From: an uncultured Acidobacteriota bacterium
GTDB taxonomy: Bacteria > Acidobacteriota > Thermoanaerobaculia > UBA5066
NCBI GenBank assembly: GCA_963779415.1
Contig: CAVZYA010000001.1
Span: forward strand, 320,001 to 384,000
DNA: 64,000 nt
Direction: 5' to 3'
This document shows, piece by piece, positions 38,804-48,588 of this stretch (its first letter is position 1; every line of letters begins with the position of its first letter). A model generated the notes under the pieces. That model was not told the DNA's origin. It was given only the letters and a program-made list of their open reading frames with translations, and did no database searches. Position numbers and translations under genes: made by a program.

Positions 38804-39580
38804 GTGCGCGTCCTGATCTCGAACGACGACGGGGTGCACAGCCCGGGCCTCGCCGCGCTGGAAGGGGCGGCGCGAGCGATGGGCTTCGAGACCTTCGTCG
38901 TCGCGCCCGACCGCGAGCAGAGCGCCTCGTCCCATGCCCTGACGATGCACCGGCCTCTCCGGGTGAGGACGCTCTCGGAACGCTCGTGGGCCGTGGACGG
39001 GACGCCGACGGACTGCGTGAACCTCGCCCTCTGCAGCATCCTGAAGGCGAACCCTCCCGACCTCGTTCTGGCGGGGATCAACGCCGGTCCGAACCTCGGG
39101 GACGACGTGACGTACTCCGGAACGGTGGCGTGCGCCTTCGAGGGGACGCTTCTCGGCGTGCCGTCCATCGCCTTCTCGCTCGACACATGGCAGGACCGGG
39201 CGCGGGGCGAGCCCGACTTCGCGGCGACGGAGCCGGCGGTCCGGGCCATTCTCTCTCTCGCCCTCGAGAAGCCCCCGTCGGGCGACACGCTCTGGAACGT
39301 CAACCTCCCTCCGGGAACGCCGAAGGGATACCGCGTGACGCGAATGGGCCGGCGGCGATACGGCGAGAACATCGTCGAGAAGATCGATCCGCGGGGCCGC
39401 CCCTACTTCTGGATCGGCGGCGCTCACATCGACACGCACGCCGACGGGACCGACCTGACCGCCGTGTCGAAGGGATGGGTCTCGATCACGCCGCTTCACC
39501 TCGACCTGACGGATTACCGTGCGCTCGAGGAGCTGGAGCGGCGCTTTCGCGCCCTCCCGGCGCCGGAACCGTCACGATAG
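38804..39580 (+). CDS. surE: 5'/3'-nucleotidase SurE
   Basis: ISNDDG, GTPTDCV, GINAGPN, YSGTV, SITPL. Confidence 0.96.
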   Translation: MRVLISNDDGVHSPGLAALEGAARAMGFETFVVAPDREQSASSHALTMHRPLRVRTLSERSWAVDGTPTDCVNLALCSILKANPPDLVLAGINAGPNLGDDVTYSGTVACAFEGTLLGVPSIAFSLDTWQDRARGEPDFAATEPAVRAILSLALEKPPSGDTLWNVNLPPGTPKGYRVTRMGRRRYGENIVEKIDPRGRPYFWIGGAHIDTHADGTDLTAVSKGWVSITPLHLDLTDYRALEELERRFRALPAPEPSR

Positions 39581-39590
39581 AATTCCCCGC

Positions 39591-40298
39591 GTGAAGCCTG
39601 CGGATCCCGGGACGCGGCGCGCCGCCGAGGGCGCGCTCGCGCGCCACGCGATGGTTTCGCGGCTACATTCGGCGGGGGTCGTGACGGACCCCCGGGTCGT
39701 CGCCGCCCTCGAGGCCGTGCCGCGGCACCTCTTCGTCCCGAAGCCTCTGGCGGGCGAGGCCTACGGCGACCACGCGCTCCCGATCGGCCATGGCCAGACG
39801 ATCACGCAGGCGGCGAACGTGGCCCGGTCGGTGGAGCTTCTCGCCCTCGCGCCGGCCGCGAGGGTCCTCGAGATCGGCACGGGATCGGGCTACCAGACGG
39901 CCGTCCTCGCCATGCTCTGCCACCATGTCTTCTCTCTGGAGCGGATTCCGGAGCTGGCGGCGACAGCGCGCGAGCGCCTCGGATCGCTCGGCATCCGGAA
40001 CGTCTCGATCCGCGTCTTCGACGGCTCGTACGGCTGGAGCGACCACGCTCCTTACGATGGAATCGTCGTCGCGGCCGCCGCTCCCGAGGTGCCGGAGCCT
40101 CTCGTGACACAGCTGAAGTCGGGGGGGCGTCTCGTCGTCCCGGTCGGAAGCGCGGTGCGCCAGCGCCTTCTCGTCGTGAGCCGGCTTCCCAGCGGCCGCA
40201 CGAGGCGTGAGGACGCGGGAGAGGTCGCTTTCGTCCCCCTCGTCGGGCGCTTCGGCTTCGCGTCCCCCGCCGCGAAAGTGGGGCCGGCCGGTGGCTGA
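39591..40298 (+). CDS. pcm: Protein-L-isoaspartate O-methyltransferase
   Basis: [37 protein letters not shown]; conserved surE-pcm gene order. Confidence 0.95.
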   Translation: MKPADPGTRRAAEGALARHAMVSRLHSAGVVTDPRVVAALEAVPRHLFVPKPLAGEAYGDHALPIGHGQTITQAANVARSVELLALAPAARVLEIGTGSGYQTAVLAMLCHHVFSLERIPELAATARERLGSLGIRNVSIRVFDGSYGWSDHAPYDGIVVAAAAPEVPEPLVTQLKSGGRLVVPVGSAVRQRLLVVSRLPSGRTRREDAGEVAFVPLVGRFGFASPAAKVGPAGG

Positions 40299-40593
40299 CG
40301 AGGAGACGGGGGGCTGGACGATCGTCCGGAGGCGATACGTCGTCTCCGGCCGGGTGCAGGGGGTCGGATACCGGGCGTTCGCGGCGCGGGCGGCGCGGGG
40401 GCTGCGCCTCTCCGGCGGTGCGCTGAACCTCGAGGACGGACGGGTCGAGGTGGTGGCCGAGGGCCCCGCTCACGCTCTCGACCGGCTCGAGTCGGTGCTC
40501 GCCGAAGGGCCCCGGTTCTCGCGCGTCGACGGTGTCGCCGTCGAACCGGTCGCCAAAGGCGAAGGGACTCCGGCGTTCGACGTCGACTTCTGA
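40291..40593 (+). CDS. acyP: Acylphosphatase
   Basis: [25 protein letters not shown]. Confidence 0.93.
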   Translation: MADEETGGWTIVRRRYVVSGRVQGVGYRAFAARAARGLRLSGGALNLEDGRVEVVAEGPAHALDRLESVLAEGPRFSRVDGVAVEPVAKGEGTPAFDVDF

Positions 40594-40606
40594 AGGAGCC
40601 GGCGCG

Positions 40607-41542
40607 TCACGTGCCGCGCGGGGACGCCCGGCCGGCGGGCCTCGAGAACGCCGTGGCGGTCGCGAGCGCGACCCCCGCGAAGATCAGGAGCGCGCCGAGT
40701 CCCGTGCGGGGTCCGGGGCGCTCGCCGAGGACGGCCGCGGCGAGAGCGGCCGCGAAGAGAGGCTGCAGGTAGAAGAAGATCGCCGTCGTGGAGGGCCCCG
40801 TCCGGGCGAGCGCCCACGTGTTGAGCGAGTAAGCGACGACGGTGGGGAAGGCGACGATGGCGGCCAGGGCCGCCCAGCCACCGGCCGTAATCTCCGCCGG
40901 TCGCACGCGTGAAAGGCTCTGGAGCGCGAGGACGAGAATCGGGACGGCTCCCCAGCGAAAGAGCCACGCCGTGACCGCGAGAGGGTGGCGGCGCCGGAGG
41001 ATGCCGCGGGCCGCGACGAGAAAACCGGCGTACGAGAGGCAGTTCAGAACGAGCATCAGGTCGCCCGGTAGCGTCCGGCCGGAGAGGTCGAAACTCTCGA
41101 CGTTCATCAGGACGAGCGCTCCGCAGAGGGCGAGCGGGACCCCGATGAGACGGCGTCTCGAGAGACGGTCGGCCCCCGCGAGGAAGGCGAGCGCGACGGT
41201 GAAGACCGGGATGGTGGCGCTCAGGAGGGCGGCGTTCGTGGCGGTCGACCGGGAGAGTCCCGAGATGAAGAGGACCTGGTTCCCGACGATCCCGAGGAGC
41301 GCGAGGAAGGCCAGCTCGAGGTGCTCGCGCGGGGAGAGAGGCGGCTCCTCCCGGAGCTTCTCCCGCGCGAGCAGGCCGAGAAGGAAGACTCCCGCGAGCA
41401 CACGGACCGCCGCGATGGCGAGCGGAGGGATCTCGCGCATCGCGATCTTCCCGAGGACCGGAAAGGAGCCGAAGCAGAGCTGGACGGCGACGAGCGCGAG
41501 GACGGCCCGGACGTCGGGACGCCCGGGCGGCTCAGGGAGCAA
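40607..41542 (-). CDS. DMT/EamA family transporter
   Basis: Ten hydrophobic helices in two EamA-like halves. Confidence 0.88.
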   Translation of the reverse strand: MLPEPPGRPDVRAVLALVAVQLCFGSFPVLGKIAMREIPPLAIAAVRVLAGVFLLGLLAREKLREEPPLSPREHLELAFLALLGIVGNQVLFISGLSRSTATNAALLSATIPVFTVALAFLAGADRLSRRRLIGVPLALCGALVLMNVESFDLSGRTLPGDLMLVLNCLSYAGFLVAARGILRRRHPLAVTAWLFRWGAVPILVLALQSLSRVRPAEITAGGWAALAAIVAFPTVVAYSLNTWALARTGPSTTAIFFYLQPLFAAALAAAVLGERPGPRTGLGALLIFAGVALATATAFSRPAGRASPRGT

Positions 41543-42521
41543 GGGGGAGGGAGGTCACGACGGCCTCGGCCGGGCCGCCGGAGAGGGGAACCGAGAGTCG
41601 GCTCCCTGGCCCGGAGTGATCGAGATGGACGAATGCGAGCGCCACGGTCTTCGAGAGGCGGAGCGACCGGACGGCGCTCGTCACGATGCCCGCCTTCTTC
41701 TCCGCGTGGCGGACCTCCGAGCCGGGGGGCGGCAGGACGGCGAAGGAAAGGAGAAGGCCGACGAGCCGGCGGTTGACGTGTCCGTAGGTCCGGATCCTCG
41801 CCACCGTCTCCTGTCCGATGTAGCACCCCTTCGTGTACGAGACGTAGCCGCGCGCCGGAAGGCCCGCCTCGTCGGGCAGAACCTCCTCGGTCAGCTCGGC
41901 TCCCCAGCGGGGAATTCCCGCCTCGATCCTCGCGGCTTCGAGGATCGCGCTCTCCACGGGAGCCGCGCCGGCCGCGACGAGCGAGTCGCGGAGGGATTCG
42001 AGCTCGCCACGCGCGACGCGGAGGTCGAATCCCTCGAAGCCCCCTCGCGACTCCCGGACGACGAGCGCACCCGACGCGAGGAGGCTGGAGTGCGGCTCCG
42101 GAGGCCCCTCCTGACCGATGACCATTTCGAGAATCTTTCCGGCTCCCGTTCCCTCGACGTGCAGAACGCCCATGACGCCCGTCTGGTTCTCGGCCGCGAC
42201 CTGCTGGAAGAAGATGTACTTGCGGAGGAGCGCGTCGAGCGTCCGGACCAGGCCGGGGTCGGCATCGACGATCAGCTCTTCGGGGGCGCAGAGGACGGCG
42301 AGCTCGGCGAGCATCCGTCCCTTGGGGGTCAGGAAGGCCGCGGCGCATCCCTCGCCCGGGCGGAGCTTCTTGACGTCGTTCGTCACGAGGCCGTGGAGGA
42401 ACTCCGCCCGGTCGCGGCCGCGGACGGCGATCGAGCAGCGCCCCGAGAGATCGAAAAGGAGCGGCTTTGCCCGAAATGCGGACGTGTCGAAGGCGGCTTC
42501 GGACGGGGCTTCTGGCGTCAT
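41532..42521 (-). CDS. ygfZ: YgfZ/GcvT family folate-binding protein
   Basis: KGCYIGQE signature; GRDRAEFLHGLVTN. Confidence 0.9.
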   Translation of the reverse strand: MTPEAPSEAAFDTSAFRAKPLLFDLSGRCSIAVRGRDRAEFLHGLVTNDVKKLRPGEGCAAAFLTPKGRMLAELAVLCAPEELIVDADPGLVRTLDALLRKYIFFQQVAAENQTGVMGVLHVEGTGAGKILEMVIGQEGPPEPHSSLLASGALVVRESRGGFEGFDLRVARGELESLRDSLVAAGAAPVESAILEAARIEAGIPRWGAELTEEVLPDEAGLPARGYVSYTKGCYIGQETVARIRTYGHVNRRLVGLLLSFAVLPPPGSEVRHAEKKAGIVTSAVRSLRLSKTVALAFVHLDHSGPGSRLSVPLSGGPAEAVVTSLPLAP

Positions 42522-42568
42522 CGGCCGATTCTCTCAGAGGGCTGCGGGGCCGCACGTTACAATGAATC

Positions 42569-43519
42569 GTGAACGCAATCGCCAGCACCAGCCCGCCGCC
42601 CGCCGGGAGCGGGCGCCGTCGTCGCCGTCGCGGCCGGTCGGGGGGGCTGCGTCCGGGCGAAGAACCGACCGACCTCCCGTTCCCCGAGGCGGAGCCGCCG
42701 ACCCTGGCCCTCCCGTCGTCCTTCGAGGCCGTCGTCGCGGCGGCCCCCTCCAGCATGAACCAGGAAGAACAGAGACTCGCCCTCTTCATCGACATCGACA
42801 ACGTCGTCATCGGCCTGCGCGAGACGGGACATCCGAAGTTCGACGTCAAGCTCCTCATCTCGCGACTCCTCGAAAAGGGGAAGATCGTCATCAAGCGCGC
42901 CTACGCGGACTGGAACCGCTATGCCGAGTACAAGCGCGCCTTCCACGAGTCCGCCTTCGAGCTGATCGACATTCCCCAGCACCGGCTGACCGGGAAGAAC
43001 TCGGCCGACATCCGGATGGTCGTCGACGCGATGGACCTCGCCTCCAACAAGGAGCACATCAACGTCTTCGTCATCGGCTCGGGCGACTCGGACTTCTCGC
43101 CGCTCGTCTCGAAGCTGAAGGAGAACGACAAGACGGTCCTCGGCTTCGGCGTGAAGGGGTCGACGTCGGAGCTCCTGATCGACAACTGCGACGAGTTCAT
43201 CTACTACGAAGACCTCGTCCGGGAGCAGGTCAAGGTCCCGGTGGCCTACGGCGTCTCCGAGAGGACCGCCGAGAGCTTCGCCCTCCTCGTCGACTCCATC
43301 CTCGCGCTCAAGCGCGAGAACAAGGAAGTCCTCTGGGGCTCGATGGTCAAGCAGACGATGCAGCGGAAGTATCCGAGCTTCAACGAGTCGTACTACGGAT
43401 TCCGGACCTTCTCCGAGCTTCTCGAGGCGGCCGAAAAGGCGAAGATCATCGTCCTCAAGCAAGACAGCAAGAGCGGCTCGTACATCATCACGGGCTTCGG
43501 CCCCGGCGGAGCGGCCTGA
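42569..43519 (+). CDS. NYN (LabA/DUF88) domain protein with a C-terminal OST-HTH/LOTUS domain
   Basis: LFIDIDN, KRAYADW, KNSADI, SGDSDF, CDEFI; FNESYYGFRTFSELL. Alternative start at 42755. Confidence 0.9.
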   Translation: MNAIASTSPPPAGSGRRRRRRGRSGGLRPGEEPTDLPFPEAEPPTLALPSSFEAVVAAAPSSMNQEEQRLALFIDIDNVVIGLRETGHPKFDVKLLISRLLEKGKIVIKRAYADWNRYAEYKRAFHESAFELIDIPQHRLTGKNSADIRMVVDAMDLASNKEHINVFVIGSGDSDFSPLVSKLKENDKTVLGFGVKGSTSELLIDNCDEFIYYEDLVREQVKVPVAYGVSERTAESFALLVDSILALKRENKEVLWGSMVKQTMQRKYPSFNESYYGFRTFSELLEAAEKAKIIVLKQDSKSGSYIITGFGPGGAA

Positions 43520-44117
43520 GAAGAGGGGGCGCCCCCCGCGTCTCCGCCGCTGGGAACATCTCGAAAAGGGGAGCCCGGTCGACTTCAGGGTCTTCCGGAT
43601 CCGGGAAGATCGGGTCCGGTCGCCCCGGACGGGGCGGGATCACCGGGTCGTGGTTCTCGAGGCGCCGAACTGGGCGAACGTCGTCGCCGTGACGAATGAC
43701 CGGAAAGTAGTCCTCGTCCGGCAGTTCCGGCACGGGACCGAAACCGTGACGCTCGAAATCCCCGGCGGAGCCGTCGACCCCGAGGACGCCTCGCCCCTCG
43801 CGGCCGCGAAGCGCGAGCTGCGCGAGGAGACGGGCTACGTCGCCCGACGCTGGAAGCAGCTCGGCATCGTGGAGCCGAATCCGGCGATCCAGTTGAACCG
43901 GTGCTGGACGTTCCTTGCCGAAGGAGCGCACCTCGCGTGCGAGACCGACCCCGATCCGGGCGAGGAGATCGAGGTCGTCCTCGTCCCGGAAAAGAGCCTC
44001 GAATCCCTCGCCCGCAAAGGCGTCATCCGCCACGCCCTCGTCATCGCGGCCTTCTACTGGAAGGGGCTCGGCGAAAAGAAGAGCCCGGTCAGATCTCGCG
44101 GAACACGAAGCGCTTGA
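43516..44117 (+). CDS. NUDIX hydrolase (ADP-ribose pyrophosphatase-like); true start uncertain
   Basis: LEIPGG..AAKRELREETGY Nudix box; plausible coding frame extends upstream of 43650 (WEHLEKG..FRIREDRVRSPRTG). Confidence 0.85.
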
Positions 44118-45147
44118 GAACCTGGATCCGGTCGTTGTAGCGCGCCGGGTCCATCAGCCAGATCGCTCCCGCCACCGAGGAGAGGAGCGAGTTGCCGTCC
44201 TGCGGGGTGAAGCAGAAGCCGACGACCTCCTTCCCGCCGTCGGCCACGGCGAGGGTCGGCGTCGATATGACGGTCTGGGAGAGGATCCGGCCGTAGTAGC
44301 CGTGGTCGCGACCGAACGAGAAGACCTCGTTCGCGCTCTTCCGATCCGTGAGGGCGACGAGGGCGTTTTCCTTCAGCTTCTCGACGAGCCGCTTCTTCTC
44401 GATCGGCCTCGGGAGCCGGAAGTCGAACCAGACGGCGTGCATGTACTGCGTATTCAGCTTCACGGCCGATGAGAAGACCTTGGGTGCGAGGCCCAGCGTT
44501 TCGTAGAGGTGGAAGACGTCGTGCGCGTGGTGCGTGCCGAACTCGTCGTCGTCATGCTTGCCGACGTAGGGGGCCGGAATGTAATCACTCGTCTGCGAGA
44601 CGTCGTTCGCCCGCCGCATGCAGACGAAGGTGGCGCGGTCCATCGCCAGCGCGTCGCCCTCCATCCCGATCGTCTTGATCAGGATCGCGAGGTTGTGCGT
44701 GTTGCAGGAGACGACCTGCAGGAAGCGGTCCTCTCCGGGGACGAGCGCGCTGTCGTTGATCCCCCGCGCGTACATCTTTCCGAACCCGAACTCCGAGCCC
44801 TGGGCGACGAAGCCCTTAGGCCCCTTGAGGGTCCTGTAGAGACGCTCCTTGTTGTCGTTTCCCGCCGGCGTGCAGTCGATGACGACGGTGGCCCGCTCGA
44901 GCGCTTCCTGCGCGCTGTGGGAGACCTTGTGGCCGAGCGACTCGAATTCGGCGATCTTCTCCTCGTCCGCGGCGAGATGGGCGCCGCGCGCCATCAGGTG
45001 GTTCACCTTGGCCCGCTCGGTCTTGATCGGGGTCCGCTTGTGGAAGGTGACCTCGTCGATTCCGAGATGGTGGTGGAAATCGGTGAAGAGCCCGATCAGC
45101 GGCTCGCCGATGGTCCCGGTGCCGACGATGTGGACGATGTTCTTCAT
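44089..45147 (-). CDS. Type II (archaeal-like) glyceraldehyde-3-phosphate dehydrogenase homolog
   Basis: HIVGTGTIG, IDCTPAG, QG.E, VVSCNT catalytic Cys, RRAND, THHAHDV, MH. Confidence 0.75.
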   Translation of the reverse strand: MKNIVHIVGTGTIGEPLIGLFTDFHHHLGIDEVTFHKRTPIKTERAKVNHLMARGAHLAADEEKIAEFESLGHKVSHSAQEALERATVVIDCTPAGNDNKERLYRTLKGPKGFVAQGSEFGFGKMYARGINDSALVPGEDRFLQVVSCNTHNLAILIKTIGMEGDALAMDRATFVCMRRANDVSQTSDYIPAPYVGKHDDDEFGTHHAHDVFHLYETLGLAPKVFSSAVKLNTQYMHAVWFDFRLPRPIEKKRLVEKLKENALVALTDRKSANEVFSFGRDHGYYGRILSQTVISTPTLAVADGGKEVVGFCFTPQDGNSLLSSVAGAIWLMDPARYNDRIQVLKRFVFREI

Positions 45148-45191
45148 GGAACGATTCTAATCGCCGCCAGGCCCTGCTAACGTCTCCCCGG

Positions 45192-45842
45192 ATGGCCTCC
45201 CGCGATCACGTCCGGCTCGCTCCGGTCACCATCCCGGGCCCGGTGGGCCCCCTGGAGGGGCTTCTCAGAAACCCCGCCGACCCGGCCGGCGCGGCCGTCA
45301 TCGCCCACCCGCATCCAGAGCACGGGGGGACGATGCTCACGAAGGTCGTCCATCGGGCGGCCCGGATCCTCTCGGACCGATTCGGTCTCTGCGCGCTCCG
45401 GTTCAACTTCCGGGGCGTCGGAAGGTCCGCGGGCTTCTACGACAGCGGAGCGGGGGAGACCGAGGATCTCGTGGCCGCGGGCCGGTGGCTCCGGCAGCAG
45501 CATCCAGGCGGCCCGTTCGTTCTCGGAGGGTTCTCGTTCGGGTCCGTCTGTGCACTGCACGCGGCCCCGGTCCTCGCGCCGGACGTCCTCTTCCTGATCG
45601 GCGTCCCGACGAGACGCTACCGCTCGGTGCCGTCGGCGCCGGCAGGGACGAGCGTCTTCTGGATTCAGGGGAGTCTGGACGAGTACAGTCGCCCCGCGAA
45701 AGCCAGGGCGCTGGCGGAAGCGCGAATGTGGGACTTCGTGGAGGTCCCGGAGGCCGACCACCTCTTCACCGGCCGTCTCGACGCCTTCGAGGAGGCGGCG
45801 ACCGAAGGGCTGTCGGTCGCTCTCGAAGGGAGGTTGGCGTGA
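45192..45842 (+). CDS. Alpha/beta hydrolase
   Basis: HPHPEHGGTM, RFNFRGVG, GFSFG, QG.LDE, ADHLF. Confidence 0.92.
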   Translation: MASRDHVRLAPVTIPGPVGPLEGLLRNPADPAGAAVIAHPHPEHGGTMLTKVVHRAARILSDRFGLCALRFNFRGVGRSAGFYDSGAGETEDLVAAGRWLRQQHPGGPFVLGGFSFGSVCALHAAPVLAPDVLFLIGVPTRRYRSVPSAPAGTSVFWIQGSLDEYSRPAKARALAEARMWDFVEVPEADHLFTGRLDAFEEAATEGLSVALEGRLA

Positions 45843-46408
45843 GCACGAAACTTCTGACCCCCCCCGAACGCTCGCAGCTCCTCTCCCGGGCCCGACGAGC
45901 CGGCGCCTCGGCCCTCGGGATTCCGGTCGCGGGGCCGGACCCGGCGGAGCCGTCCGGGCGGCTTTCCGAGCCGGGAATGTGCTTCGTCACGTGGAAGCGC
46001 GACGGGCGGCTCCGGGGGTGCATCGGAACTGTCGAGCCGGTCCGGCCGCTCTGGGCCGACGTCGAGGCGAACGCCGTCCACGCCCTCCTTCACGATCCCC
46101 GCTTTCCTCCCGCCACGCCGAAGGAGTTTCCGCGCTACCGGGCCGACGTTTCGGTCCTCTCGCCCTTCGTCGCGGCGCCGGATCCGCTCTCGGCCATCGT
46201 CATCGGCGTCCACGGTCTTCTCGTCGAAAAGGGGAGCAGACGGGGCCTTCTCCTGCCACAGGTCGCGGTGGAGTGGGGATGGGACGTTCCGACGTTTCTC
46301 CGCCAGGCATGTCTCAAGGCGGGCCTTCCGGAAGAAGCGTGGCGGGAGGGAAACCCTCCGGCGACCGTCTATACCTTCTCCGCGGAGGTCTTCGGCGAGC
46401 CGCTCTGA
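45839..46408 (+). CDS. amrA: AmmeMemoRadiSam system protein A (AMMECR1 domain)
   Basis: FVTW, LRGCIG, DPRF, SVLS, GLLLPQV, KAGL. Confidence 0.92.
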   Translation: MSTKLLTPPERSQLLSRARRAGASALGIPVAGPDPAEPSGRLSEPGMCFVTWKRDGRLRGCIGTVEPVRPLWADVEANAVHALLHDPRFPPATPKEFPRYRADVSVLSPFVAAPDPLSAIVIGVHGLLVEKGSRRGLLLPQVAVEWGWDVPTFLRQACLKAGLPEEAWREGNPPATVYTFSAEVFGEPL

Positions 46409-47262
46409 CTCGGGGATCCCGCGGCGGCGCCCGCCGCGAAGGCGAGGAGGATCCCGGCCGCGACGGCGGCGTTGAGGGAGTCGACCCGTCCCGAGAGGGG
46501 AATCGTCACCCGTCGGGAGAGGCGGGACTCGAGGGCCGGCGAGATCCCGCGCCCCTCGGAGCCGAGAACGAGAACCAGCGGTCGAAGTCCCGAAAGCGAT
46601 GAAGGGGGATCACCGCCTCGCGTTTCGGCTCCTGCCAGCGTCGCCCCGACTCCATCGGCCCATGCGGCGGCTTCATCGGGAGTCACCCCTGTCGCAATCG
46701 GTATCCGGAGGGCGGAGAGGGCCGAGGCCCGGACCGCTTTCGGCGAGAAGGGAGAGGCGCAGTCGGGCGTCAGGAGGACGCCGGCGACTCCGAAAGCCTC
46801 CGCCGACCTGAGGATCGCCCCGACGTTGGCCGGGTCCTGAATGCCATCGAGGAGGACGAAGAGCGAAGACGAAAAGGGAGACGAAGACGGGGGCGAAGAG
46901 GAAGAAGGAAAGGAAGAAGGGAGGGGGGCCGACGGGGGATGCTTCGAAGCAAAGAGCTCCGGAAGCGATCGGCGGGGCGGAGCGGCCAGCGCGACGACTC
47001 CCCGAGCGGAGGGGAGATCCGAGAGTTTCGAGAGGACCTTCGAAGTGACAAAGTAAAGCGAGGCCCCGCGCTCGGCCGCATTCCGAATTGCTGCGTCCTC
47101 GCCGGCGCCCTCTTCACCTTCTAAGAAGATTTCTCTTGGGACGATCCCCGCCGCGAGGGCCTCGCCTACGGCACGCGCCCCCTCGAGAAGCAGGCTCTCG
47201 CCGCTCTCGACGGCCCGGAGGGCCGCCTGAATCCGCGGGTTCGACGTCGCGGTGATCCGCAT
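46369..47262 (-). CDS. TrmH/SpoU family RNA methyltransferase
   Basis: LDGIQDPANVGAILRSA, LGSEGRG, SLNAAVA; Ser/Pro low-complexity linker. Confidence 0.92.
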   Translation of the reverse strand: MRITATSNPRIQAALRAVESGESLLLEGARAVGEALAAGIVPREIFLEGEEGAGEDAAIRNAAERGASLYFVTSKVLSKLSDLPSARGVVALAAPPRRSLPELFASKHPPSAPLPSSFPSSSSPPSSSPFSSSLFVLLDGIQDPANVGAILRSAEAFGVAGVLLTPDCASPFSPKAVRASALSALRIPIATGVTPDEAAAWADGVGATLAGAETRGGDPPSSLSGLRPLVLVLGSEGRGISPALESRLSRRVTIPLSGRVDSLNAAVAAGILLAFAAGAAAGSPSQSGSPKTSAEKV

Positions 47263-47311
47263 CGGCAGCCCCGAGCGTAGCCCACCTTCCTCACCGTGCT
47301 AAAACGTCGCG

Positions 47312-48529
47312 GTGAAATCGGAGACGGCGGCGGCAGCGACGGCGGCGGGGGCGGCTGCAGCCAAGGCCGTGCCCCTCTCGGCTCTCTGGACCTTCCCTTC
47401 GATCCTTTTCTCCGCGTTCATCATCGGCTGGGCGGCCGAGGCGGCGCAGTTCCTCGTCTCCCAGGGATTGGCCCTCGCGATCCTCGCGTGGCTCCAGACG
47501 CTTCCCGAGTTCTCCGTGGAAGCCGTCATCGCGTGGCAGGCCGGGAAGGATCCGGCGAAGGTCCATCTCGCGATCGCGAACTTCACCGGTTCCATCCGGC
47601 TTCTCGTCGGCCTCGGTTGGCCGCTCGTCTACTTCGTGGCGGCTTTTTTCGCGGCCCGGACGGGAAAGCGGAAGACCTGGGTGGAGATCCGGCTCGAGGA
47701 CGAGCACGCGGTGCAGGTGATGAGTCTCTTCCCGGTGCTTCTCTGGTTCACGGTGATCTGGTGGAAGGGGACGCTCGGCCTCCTGGATGCCGCGGTCCTC
47801 GTATTTCTCTACGTCGTTTACCTCTGGCTTTTGTCGCGCGTCCCGCCCCGGGAAGAGGACGAGGAAGAGATCGACGATCTCCCGCGCGTCTCCCGGTGGG
47901 CGCTCTCTTTCGGGCCGGGAAAGCGGGCGATTGCCATCGCCGCCCTCTTTCTCGCGGGAGGCGCCATCCTTTATTTCGCGGCGGAAGCCTTCGTCGGGTC
48001 GATGCTCGCGCTCGCCGTCTCGATGGGGGTGGCCCCGTTCTTCTTTGTCCAGTGGGTCGCCCCGTTCCTCTCGGAGTTCCCCGAGAAGCTCTCGGCCTTC
48101 AACTGGGCGCGGCAGATCTCGAAGGCCCCGATGGCGCTGATGAATCTCCTTTCGTCGACGATCAACCAGTGGTCCGTCCTCTCCGGCCTGATTCCCGTCA
48201 TCTACTCGATATCGAGGGGCGAGCCGTCGGCCATCGTCTTCGACACCCACCAGAGGGCGGAGATCCTCCTGACGATTCTCCAGAGCGCTCTCGGATTTCT
48301 CCTGCTCCTGAACCTCAAGTTAGAGGCCTACGAGGCCGGAATTCTCTTCGTCTTCTGGCTGGTGCAGTTTCTTTTCCCCTCGACGCGCGATGCGATGGTC
48401 TGGGTCTACGCCGGCTGGTGCGGGATCGAGCTGATCCGGATCGTCACGGGCGGCCGGAAACCCGTCGCCGTCGAGGCGGCGTGGCGCGTCGTCCGCCAGC
48501 GCGGGGGAGTTCCCGCGGGAGTGGAATGA
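47312..48529 (+). CDS. Sodium:calcium (CaCA family) antiporter
   Basis: Alpha-repeats LQTLPEF..ANFTGS and FLSEFPEK..NLLSSTINQ; about 10 transmembrane helices. Confidence 0.85.
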   Translation: MKSETAAAATAAGAAAAKAVPLSALWTFPSILFSAFIIGWAAEAAQFLVSQGLALAILAWLQTLPEFSVEAVIAWQAGKDPAKVHLAIANFTGSIRLLVGLGWPLVYFVAAFFAARTGKRKTWVEIRLEDEHAVQVMSLFPVLLWFTVIWWKGTLGLLDAAVLVFLYVVYLWLLSRVPPREEDEEEIDDLPRVSRWALSFGPGKRAIAIAALFLAGGAILYFAAEAFVGSMLALAVSMGVAPFFFVQWVAPFLSEFPEKLSAFNWARQISKAPMALMNLLSSTINQWSVLSGLIPVIYSISRGEPSAIVFDTHQRAEILLTILQSALGFLLLLNLKLEAYEAGILFVFWLVQFLFPSTRDAMVWVYAGWCGIELIRIVTGGRKPVAVEAAWRVVRQRGGVPAGVE

Positions 48530-48588
48530 CGGATGGATGATGCGTTCGCGTCAGGCCCGGCGAAGGAACCCTCCTCTAGACTCGTGAC

